64,000 bases of DNA from Planctomycetaceae bacterium (GTDB lineage Bacteria; Planctomycetota; UBA8742; UBA2392; JABWBM01): positions 42 through 64,041 of the forward strand of contig JABWBM010000011.1 of NCBI GenBank assembly GCA_013360495.1, given 5' to 3'. Each line of letters begins with the position of its first letter. Positions within the stretch are counted from its first letter, which is position 1. The translations under genes and the position numbers were made by a program. The notes under the pieces are model-generated. The model did no database searches and had not been told where the DNA came from. It was given only the letters and a program-made list of their open reading frames with translations. Positions 57,501-64,000 of the stretch are shown piece after piece.

Positions 57501-58281
57501 GCGTGCTCGTGCCTTTGGGTATCTGAACGAGCGCCGAGTCGTCGCGGGAATAATCGGCCTCGGGCCTGCGGTTGAAAACCATATTGCCGTTGAGCCAAAC
57601 CTTCACGCCGCCATCGTTGACCTCGATGTCCAGCAGCGCTTCGAATGCGTCGCCATCGTTTACTACTTGTGTTAAGAGGAACCAGCCTGTGCCGTCGTGT
57701 TCGAACACGTCTTGTGGGTTGACGGTGGAACGCGAGGGGAGTTCGGGCGTCCACTTTGTCCAGCTTACCGGGCCGAAGGCGCCGCTCATGGTTTGCTTCG
57801 TGTCCACCCACAGTTCGGGCTGGAGCACGTCGTAATGCCTGTCCCCGTCGTTGGCGCCGAACGGCCCGGCGACAAGCCATTGCTGCAGGCCAAGGGTGGC
57901 GTTCTCGATGCGCCGCGCAGTGTCGAGGTCGTCGTCGACGAGAGCAGCCTCGTGCATCACCCCGAGAAAAGCGCGGGCGCTGAGGCCGAGCACGCCGAGG
58001 CGCTTGGCGTTGCCGGAGATGGCGAGTAGCGTTTTGCCCAGCGCGTCGGGGTTATCGGTATAGAAAAGAGTATGACCGAAATGATTGATATAGGTAAGCG
58101 TGGCAATGTCGTCGGGGGAATTCTGCACGGCGTCGAACATGCGCGCGGCGATCACGTTGTAATCGTTCTTCACCCACGGCTCGAAGTCAAAACACTGGTC
58201 GAGGATTTTCGTGTTGACGGCGGTTTGTGCGTGGAGCAGGCCAGAGAAGGCGAAGAGCATGACAAGTATCAATCGGGTCAT
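54598..58281 (-). CDS. large secreted protein (1227 aa) with TPR-like repeats (hypothetical)
   Basis: Signal peptide MTRLILVMLFAFSGLLHAQTA and helical repeat blocks in the middle third. Confidence 0.45.
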   Translation of the reverse strand: MTRLILVMLFAFSGLLHAQTAVNTKILDQCFDFEPWVKNDYNVIAARMFDAVQNSPDDIATLTYINHFGHTLFYTDNPDALGKTLLAISGNAKRLGVLGLSARAFLGVMHEAALVDDDLDTARRIENATLGLQQWLVAGPFGANDGDRHYDVLQPELWVDTKQTMSGAFGPVSWTKWTPELPSRSTVNPQDVFEHDGTGWFLLTQVVNDGDAFEALLDIEVNDGGVKVWLNGNMVFNRRPEADYSRDDSALVQIPKGTSTLLVKLGSLSAATVRICDPKTRLSLESVRSQYPTDMKPFAPRGSVPPASQPIPYRYQRLASLIDSAKDPKVQMQARCLLALELLGAQSPEQAEDLWHEAEGYRKSHPLMEACLDAMYYERTSVATAAEQRRILAERYTWLNANQPGAVVSRLKLANIRVGEDRDGDARKLYDETLAIQPHWAHRTHYAAFFDRRKWQAEARNQRMLAFTETSSRPAQLVLMRAEMAEADGDLELAQELYEQLADGPAKNNTNILDALKRLALNGGDFDTALEYIEAKERILGGATTTTQRERAAILAASGKIAEAFAILMALAERPERGRANRYYDAAMLAYRNGLEKEAREALLKTVERNPGHDNARRYLARLDGKAPQMLSEFSTALDPLQARDWLKAQDYPLASAGWLLDEEVWHVEKDGSFVAYGQTVTKILLQDAVDTHGRQRIDGEVLRARTIKGDGAELEPVTVTGANFEFPGVEPGAVIDTAYRRYTRASTPGVLDDVSFQFEDRDVRTPTALARLVVVTPKDFVVHYREENMEGATFTRRELDDGRVLLSWEMRRPRSRKAEPAMPTRDETMPKVTFYRPGENPWTGAARRLRSSLRATEVTWRVREAAMQALSVLDRDAGDIQKAVALYAWVNSTIRTTGGGTNPHTTVEQKSGDRFALMAAMLDAAGVEYKHVFAGNDPDIETRKPRYLDYADMLRSRLLLIEDEGEQVFIDMTYRLAPFGELESAMFEAPAMAIDPASGAWTFLRLPGGDESRDRRGVALTLKLAADGSATVTGNVTDFGAYGYDDREQARTATPNDNKRALEQTVGSFMPGISIGAFELVKVEELGVPFLRTFDASMASAAQKTEGDGLRFTPHLTNTGDVFGRYISEEHRAFDLVISDSIVFEETLRYELPEGYRLERMPEDVAIPAHPFLYSLTYSLDGGTLTVKRSLRTMAARIDVENYASFRTHVKTAADAERRALVLIPE

Positions 58282-58331
58282 ATGATCTTCCTTCAGATAG
58301 GTCTGTTATTCGGGAAGAATACAACCACGCC

Positions 58332-58410
58332 GTCATTCCGGCGAAAGCCGGAATCCAGTCTTATGGACATTTTTTGGTCGCTTCTGGATACCGGCTTTCG
58401 CCGGTATGAC
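58332..58410. repeat. MITE-like element family A (paired hairpins)
   Basis: gtcattccggcgaaagccggaatccag ... ctggataccggctttcgccggtatgac. Confidence 0.85.
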
Positions 58411-58494
58411 GCCCTGTGGCGCGTGGGGTTCTTGGGAATGCAATACAACATAGGCCTTCGATCTTACGTTTGTCCGACCTTTGGCAAGCGGAAA

Positions 58495-59199
58495 TCAGGC
58501 GCTCAAGCGCAGGAAATTGCGGAGCAGGTCGTGGCCGTGCTCGGTCAGGATCGCCTCGGGGTGGAACTGCACGCCCCAGATCGGGAGCTCGCGGTGTTCG
58601 ATCGCCATCACCACACCGTCGTCGCTTCGTGCAGTGACGCGCAATGATGGCGGCAGCGTGTCCTCCTTCACCGCAAGCGAATGATAGCGGCACACGCGCA
58701 GTGGATTCGGTAGCCCGGCGAGGAGGCCGCTGCCATTGTGGGTGACGAGTGATGTCTTGCCGTGCACAGGTTCGGGAGCGTGGGTGACGCTTGCGCCGAA
58801 GTGTTGCGCGATTGCCTGATGGCCTAAACATACCCCAAGGATCGGCACGTGGCCCGCGAACGCCTTGATCACGTCGAGCGTCTTTCCGGCGCACTCCGGC
58901 GTCCCCGGCCCGGGAGAGATGCAGACGCGTTTTGGTTGCAATTGTTCAGGAAACCGTAGTCTCGAGTAGGTCGTCCTGAGCTTGTCGAAGGGCGGCCGTA
59001 TCGAGAGACGGTCCTTCTCGTGTCCCGTATCTCGATACGCGCCTCCGGCGCTACTCGATATGACGGATTTTGAATGTGGCTCATCCAAAAGATCTACAAC
59101 AAATGCGTCATTGCGCAGCACGGTCACGTCCTCGCCCAGCTCGTGGAAATACTGCACGAGGTTAAACGTGAACGAATCGTAGTTATCGATCAAGAGCAT
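58495..59199 (-). CDS. glutamine amidotransferase (anthranilate/aminodeoxychorismate synthase component II)
   Basis: [18 protein letters not shown]...ISPGPGTPE...[13 protein letters not shown]...HSL...FHPE catalytic triad. It contains a 46-aa in-frame insertion (next feature). Confidence 0.8.
   Translation of the reverse strand: MLLIDNYDSFTFNLVQYFHELGEDVTVLRNDAFVVDLLDEPHSKSVISSSAGGAYRDTGHEKDRLSIRPPFDKLRTTYSRLRFPEQLQPKRVCISPGPGTPECAGKTLDVIKAFAGHVPILGVCLGHQAIAQHFGASVTHAPEPVHGKTSLVTHNGSGLLAGLPNPLRVCRYHSLAVKEDTLPPSLRVTARSDDGVVMAIEHRELPIWGVQFHPEAILTEHGHDLLRNFLRLSA
58942..59079. repeat. 138-bp palindromic element inserted in-frame in the amidotransferase gene
   Basis: ccgtatcgagagacgg / cccgtatctcgatacg and ctcgagtagg / ctactcgata inverted pairs. 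Translated as [46 protein letters not shown] at a position where homologues have ~8 aa. Confidence 0.7.
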
Positions 59200-59264
59200 G
59201 GGGGAATTATGCTGATCTACTGGGCGATACGCCACGTTGTAAAGCCCCATATGATGGATAAAAT

Positions 59265-60035
59265 ATGGCAATGCTCCTGACCATAACGCCCAGCATGCTG
59301 ATCTCGGCGCTGGTCATCTTCATCGCTCTCGCATTCTTCATCATGGAGCGCGTTCGTCCGGGGCGTGGTTTACCCAATTCTCGCGGTTGGTATGTGCGCG
59401 CCCTCTTCCTCAATCTCGCCCAATACGGTGTCGTGACACTGGCCGGGGTAACATGGGAAGACTGGCTCCACGGTTCTTCATGGCTCGATATCGCCTCCGT
59501 CATGCCATCGCCAGTTCAGGGAGTGTTGGCATGGTTCATCGGCACGTTTATTTTCTATTGGTGGCATCGCATACGTCACGATTCTGATTTTCTGTGGCGG
59601 AGTTTACACCAGATTCATCACAGCGCATCACGCATAGAAGCCTTGACGGCGTTCTACAAACATCCAGCGGAGATGATCGTCAACTCGGTGATCATCAGCC
59701 TGGTCTTGTTTACGATGCTGGGCGCTGACCTCGAGGCGGCTGCATGGTTCAATCTCTTCGCTGTTTCAGGGGAATTTTTCTACCACAGCAATATCAAGAC
59801 TCCTCACTGGGTGGGTTATTTCATGCAGCGTCCGGAGCACCATTCGATTCATCATCAGTACGATGTCCACAAATTCAATTTTGGCGACATTACGTTGTGG
59901 GACAGGCTCTTTGGGACATTCAAGGATACACGAGAATTCGCGCCGCGATGCGGTTTTGACGAGGGCAAGGAAGAACAGATTGGGAAGATGCTCGTATGGG
60001 TGGACGTCAATCGAGCACAGGCTGCAAGAAGCTGA
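59265..60035 (+). CDS. fatty acid hydroxylase / sterol desaturase-family membrane protein
   Basis: Histidine boxes [17 protein letters not shown] and HHSIHHQ. Confidence 0.75.
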   Translation: MAMLLTITPSMLISALVIFIALAFFIMERVRPGRGLPNSRGWYVRALFLNLAQYGVVTLAGVTWEDWLHGSSWLDIASVMPSPVQGVLAWFIGTFIFYWWHRIRHDSDFLWRSLHQIHHSASRIEALTAFYKHPAEMIVNSVIISLVLFTMLGADLEAAAWFNLFAVSGEFFYHSNIKTPHWVGYFMQRPEHHSIHHQYDVHKFNFGDITLWDRLFGTFKDTREFAPRCGFDEGKEEQIGKMLVWVDVNRAQAARS

Positions 60036-60220
60036 TAAGGCGTCTTCAATCCCCCCGAATGACGTAAATCATTGCCTAGAACCCCTTAAGCGCACAATCA
60101 CGCCACAAATTTTTCCTAAAAAGTTCAAGTCGCACCTGCGCTTTTCCCGATAAACATAGCAGAGGTGTTCTACCGAAGTCTTGGGTAACGGCAACGCACG
60201 GCGAGAGCCTCAAACGTGCG

Positions 60221-60496
60221 ATGTCGTCGAACTCGGAGGATTCTCCTCTCCCCGCCCTGAGGCTCAGGGCCCGAAGCCACGGATGGCGACGGCAGAAGAT
60301 GAAAGGATTCATCATGCGGACCGGTCGTGCCGCACGTCGGGACCGGATCCTGATGTCGCTCCCGGAGTCACGGCAGCAGAGAGTTCTGAGTCTCAAGTCA
60401 TTGATCGACTCGGAACACTATGCGCCTGACATTGATGGGAAGCTTGAACTGGTGGTCGACGATCTGATCGACGAAGCCATCAAACTTCGAGCCTAG
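60221..60496 (+). CDS. small protein with FlgM-like C-terminus (possible anti-sigma-28 factor)
   Basis: RVLSLKSLIDSEHYAPDIDGKLELVVDDLIDEAI compared with the FlgM C-terminal consensus RVAALKAAIAAGTYKVDAEKIADKLL. Weak. Confidence 0.3.
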   Translation: MSSNSEDSPLPALRLRARSHGWRRQKMKGFIMRTGRAARRDRILMSLPESRQQRVLSLKSLIDSEHYAPDIDGKLELVVDDLIDEAIKLRA

Positions 60497-60588
60497 ACAT
60501 TCAGTATTCGGTCTGGCACACCCAGACGAGGCAACACGCGGGGTAACTCGCGTGTTGCCACTTTAGGCGAACGTCAGGTTGATTTTCA

Positions 60589-60661
60589 TGTAGCGTCACG
60601 CGCACCCGCGTGACGGACTAGTTCAAAGACAAGACGCCATGCGAGGGCGCATAGCGCTACA
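60589..60661. repeat. MITE-like element family C
   Basis: tgtagcgtcacgcgcacccgcgtgacgg ... aagacgccatgcgagggcgcatagcgctaca. Confidence 0.75.
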
Positions 60662-60669
60662 AAAATGTC

Positions 60670-63318
60670 CTACCGCTTCTCTCGCGCCCGGATCACCGCT
60701 TGCGCAGCCGCAAGCCGGGCGATCGGAACGCGGTAGGGCGAGCAACTCACATAGTCAAGGCCTGTATCGTGGCAGAAGCCGATCGACGACGGGTCGCCGC
60801 CGTGCTCGCCACAGATGCCGAGCTTTAACTTGGGGTTGACTTTGCGGCCAAGCTTGCAAGCCATGTCGATCAATTGCCCCACACCCTCGCGGTCGATGGT
60901 GGCGAAAGGGTCGGTGGGGTAGATGCCCCGCGCCACATACTCGCGCAGGAAACTCTTCTCCGCGTCGTCGCGCGACACAGCAAGCGTCATCTGCGTGAGA
61001 TCATTTGTCCCAAAGCTGAAAAAGTCGGCGTGGCTTGCAATCTTGTCGGCGATCAGAGCTGCGCGCGGCACCTCGATCATCGTGCCGATCATCATGGGCG
61101 GGCAATCTTTATAGCCCGCGATCAGGGTTTCAGCGCGGCGGCGCAGGCGGCGCAATTCCTCCTCGGTGCCGACGAGGGGAATCATCACCTCGCAATGGAC
61201 CTTCACACCCGCCTTGCTCGCTTCGATGGCGGCTTCCGCGATGGCGCACACCTGCATGTCGTAGATTTCGGGCAGCACGATGCCGAGGCGGCAGCCGCGA
61301 AAGCCGAGCATGGGGTTCATCTCGTGCAGGCGTTCGGTGGCTGCTGTGATCATCTCCACCGAGACGCCGATGGTGCGCGCGACGTCCTTCTGCAAGATTC
61401 GCCCTTGTGGCAAAAACTCATGGAGCGGCGGGTCGAGCAGGCGGATGGTGACGGGCAAGCCGTCCATGGCCTTGAAGATGTCGACGAAATCGCCCTTTTG
61501 CATGGGCTTGAGCTTGTCGAGCGCTTTGCGTCTGCCCTGATCGTCGGCGGCGAGGATCATCTCGCGCATGGCGTTGATGCGATCCTCGGCGAAGAACATG
61601 TGTTCGGTGCGGCACAGCCCGATGCCTTGAGCGCCGAATTCGCGGGCTTTCGCTGCGTCCGGGCCGGTGTCGGCGTTGGTGCGGACCTTCAGCGTTCGCA
61701 GCTCGTCGGACCAGCGCATGATCGTGGCGAAATCATCATCAAGGCGCGCAGGTATCGTGCCTACCGAGCCGAGCATCACGTCGCCGCTGGTGCCGTCGAG
61801 GCTAATGACATCTTCTTCGCGTACTCTCGTACTGCCGATTTCGAAATACTTTTCTTCTTCATTAATCGTGATGTCCGAGCAGCCGGTCACGCAGCACTTG
61901 CCCATTTGGCGCGCCACCACGGCAGCGTGGGACGTGCGTCCGCCCCGCGCCGTGAGGATGCCGACGCTCGCCGCCATGCCCTTGATGTCCTCGGGGCTGG
62001 TTTCAAGGCGCACGAGAATGGTGGACATGCCGCGCCCGGCCAGTTCCACGGCCTTGTCGGGTGTGAAGGCAACCTTGCCGACGGCGGCGCCGGGGGACGC
62101 GGGCAGCCCCGTGGTGAGGACGGTTCGCTTGGCGTTGTGATCGAAGGATGGGTGCAGCAGTTGGTTGAGGCTCGATGCATCGATGCGCATCAGCGCTTCG
62201 TCCTTCGTCGTGATGCCCTCGCGCGTCATGTCGAGGGCGATGCGGATGGCTGCCCGGCCCGTGCGCTTGCCGTTGCGGGTTTGCAGCAGGAAGAGCTTGC
62301 TCGACTGGATGGTGAACTCGATGTCCTGCATATCCTTGTAGTGGCGTTCGAGCTTTTGGCGCACGTCGAGAAGTTGTTGATAGGTTTTCGGCTGGCGGAG
62401 TTTGAGCGCGCCGATGTCTTCGGGCGTGCGGATGCCGGCGACGACGTCCTCGCCTTGAGCGTTGAAAAGCACATCGCAGAAGAAGGCGTTCTCGCCGTTG
62501 GACGGGTCGCGGGTAAAGCCGACGCCCGTGCCTGAGTCGTCGTTGAGGTTGCCGAAGACCATGGCCTGCACGTTGACGCCTGTGCCGTAAAGGCCCGCGA
62601 TGTGATTCAGTCTGCGGTACTCGATGGCTCGCTCGTTGTTCCACGAGCGGAAGACCGCTTCAATCGCCGTGAGAAGCTGCTTCCATGGGTCGGTGGGAAA
62701 GTCTTGTCCGGTGCGGTCGCGGTAAAGGGACATGAGCTGGCCGCAGAGTTCTTTGAGCGCCGGGCCGGGGACGTCAGAGTCCTTCGTGATGTTCAAGCGC
62801 TGCTTGAGATCATCGAACATATGCTCAAAGGCCTTGCGCGACACGCCCATCACCACGTCGGAATACATCGTGATGAAGCGGCGAAAGCTGTCATAGGCAA
62901 AGCGCGGGTTGTTGGTCTCTGCTGCGAGCGCCTCCGCCGTGTTGGGATTGAGGCCAAGGTTGAGGATCGTGTCCATCATGCCGGGCATGGAGGCTGCTGC
63001 GCCGGAGCGCACGGAGAAAAGCAGCGGTTTTGCGCCGCCGAAGCTGCGGCCAAGCTCGGCTTCCACCGTTGCGACGGATTTCCGCACATCGGCTTCGAGG
63101 CCGTCGGGGAGTTTATTGTCGGTGTTGAGATAGTCAGCGCAGGTCTGCGTGGTGATGGTAAAGCCGGGCGGAACAGGCAGGCCGATGGCCGTCATCTCGG
63201 CGAGGTTCGCGCCCTTGCCACCGAGCAAGTGCTTCATCGTCGCATTGCCCTCAGCGCCCTTCGCACCGAAGGCGTAAACATGTTTGGTTGGTGGGGGAGT
63301 TGGCATGGAAGGCTCCAT
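60670..63318 (-). CDS. ppdK: pyruvate, phosphate dikinase
   Basis: Phosphohistidine domain GGRTSHAAVVAR, ATP-grasp N-terminus and PEP-utilising C-terminus. 882 aa. Confidence 0.95.
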   Translation of the reverse strand: MEPSMPTPPPTKHVYAFGAKGAEGNATMKHLLGGKGANLAEMTAIGLPVPPGFTITTQTCADYLNTDNKLPDGLEADVRKSVATVEAELGRSFGGAKPLLFSVRSGAAASMPGMMDTILNLGLNPNTAEALAAETNNPRFAYDSFRRFITMYSDVVMGVSRKAFEHMFDDLKQRLNITKDSDVPGPALKELCGQLMSLYRDRTGQDFPTDPWKQLLTAIEAVFRSWNNERAIEYRRLNHIAGLYGTGVNVQAMVFGNLNDDSGTGVGFTRDPSNGENAFFCDVLFNAQGEDVVAGIRTPEDIGALKLRQPKTYQQLLDVRQKLERHYKDMQDIEFTIQSSKLFLLQTRNGKRTGRAAIRIALDMTREGITTKDEALMRIDASSLNQLLHPSFDHNAKRTVLTTGLPASPGAAVGKVAFTPDKAVELAGRGMSTILVRLETSPEDIKGMAASVGILTARGGRTSHAAVVARQMGKCCVTGCSDITINEEEKYFEIGSTRVREEDVISLDGTSGDVMLGSVGTIPARLDDDFATIMRWSDELRTLKVRTNADTGPDAAKAREFGAQGIGLCRTEHMFFAEDRINAMREMILAADDQGRRKALDKLKPMQKGDFVDIFKAMDGLPVTIRLLDPPLHEFLPQGRILQKDVARTIGVSVEMITAATERLHEMNPMLGFRGCRLGIVLPEIYDMQVCAIAEAAIEASKAGVKVHCEVMIPLVGTEEELRRLRRRAETLIAGYKDCPPMMIGTMIEVPRAALIADKIASHADFFSFGTNDLTQMTLAVSRDDAEKSFLREYVARGIYPTDPFATIDREGVGQLIDMACKLGRKVNPKLKLGICGEHGGDPSSIGFCHDTGLDYVSCSPYRVPIARLAAAQAVIRAREKR

Positions 63319-63385
63319 CTTGAGAGTCCGGAGTCCGGCGTGCGGAGTCCGGTGTCGAACCCATAGAAAGCGGGTTCACTTATAT

Positions 63386-63412
63386 GTCATTCCCGCGGAG
63401 GCGGGAATCCAT
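63386..63412. repeat. MITE family A single hairpin unit
   Basis: gtcattcccgcggaggcgggaatccat. Confidence 0.7.
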
Positions 63413-63427
63413 GTTTTCTGGAGATTG

Positions 63428-63898
63428 CTACCCCCGCATCCTATGCAAATGACACAGCGCTACCGCCAGCGCGTCCGAAGCGTCCAAACTCGGCGTTTTT
63501 CGCAGGCTCAAGAGCGTCGTCACCATCGTTTGAACCTGTTCCTTGGTCGCGCCGCCGCGTCCTGTGACGGAACGTTTAATCGTAGTGGGCGCGTATTGAT
63601 GAACAGGCAAGCCCGCGAGGTGGAGCGTTAGGAGCAGCGCGCCGCGTCCCTCGGCGGCTTTGATGGCCGTGCGCACATTGCGGCCTGCAAAGACTTCTTC
63701 GATGGAAGCTGCGACTGGCGTCCACTCTTTGATGATGGCGTTGAGTTCGCTGTGGATGGTGGCAAGTCGCGTGGGGAAATCGTCCACATTGTTGACGTCG
63801 ATCACGCCATAGCCGAGCGCCGCCATGCGGCTGCCCTTGCGTTCGATGACGCCAAAGCCAAGGCGGCGAGTGCCGGGGTCTATGCCGATGACGCGCAT
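63428..63898 (-). CDS. ruvC: crossover junction endodeoxyribonuclease RuvC
   Basis: MRVIGIDPGTRRLGFGV with catalytic D/E residues. 156 aa. Confidence 0.9.
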   Translation of the reverse strand: MRVIGIDPGTRRLGFGVIERKGSRMAALGYGVIDVNNVDDFPTRLATIHSELNAIIKEWTPVAASIEEVFAGRNVRTAIKAAEGRGALLLTLHLAGLPVHQYAPTTIKRSVTGRGGATKEQVQTMVTTLLSLRKTPSLDASDALAVALCHLHRMRG

Positions 63899-64000
63899 GA
63901 AGCGAGAATGCCAAGGTCAATTCGGGGAACCAACACGTTTTCATTTTTGGGTGGACAGGAAAACATGAGCGACCAAAATCGATCTCTCATCGAAGAGCGA

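Noticed and set aside
58942-59079. Intein in the amidotransferase
   Set aside because: 46 aa is far too short and there are no intein splicing motifs. The DNA is a palindromic repeat.
60874-62535. 553-aa plus-strand ORF
   Set aside because: Antisense to ppdK, which matches the PPDK family end to end.

Overview
This 64-kb window is high-GC (~63-65%), Gram-negative-type bacterial chromosome, dense with housekeeping genes. Recognised genes include mrdA-like PBP2, mnmE, yidC, iscX, trmB, an RND pump, two ECF sigma factors, a fused E1 alpha/beta 2-oxoacid dehydrogenase, an IDH-family dehydrogenase, two SDR epimerases, rpiB, ribF, pyrE, a gldA/F/G-like ABC cluster, a tRNA-Met, eno, obg, ilvE, pyrK-like, pabA/trpG, ppdK and ruvC. 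Several of these proteins are unusually long (PBP2 925 aa, YidC 700 aa, RND 1251 aa), which suggests a Planctomycetota/Verrucomicrobiota-like lineage; the lineage itself cannot be determined from the window. The most striking content is non-genic. At least three families of short palindromic MITE-like elements, about 25 copies in total, fill almost every intergenic gap. Family A is a paired hairpin, GTCATTCCGGCGAAAGCCGGAATCCAG ... CTGGATT..AATGAC. Family B has TTCACCACGGGGAACACGGG termini. Family C has TGTAGCGTCACG...CGTGACGCTACA termini. Family A shows compensatory stem changes. One A copy sits in-frame inside mnmE, and a fourth kind of palindrome sits in-frame inside pabA/trpG, analogous to Rickettsia palindromic elements. 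Accessory content is small: a DUF433/DUF5615 toxin-antitoxin cassette bracketed by 55-bp direct repeats that duplicate the 3' end of an OMP gene, several low-GC gene islets, an orphan nucleotidyltransferase, a frameshifted lipoprotein gene, and an AAA ATPase next to the tRNA. No rRNA, CRISPR array, integrase or transposase was seen.
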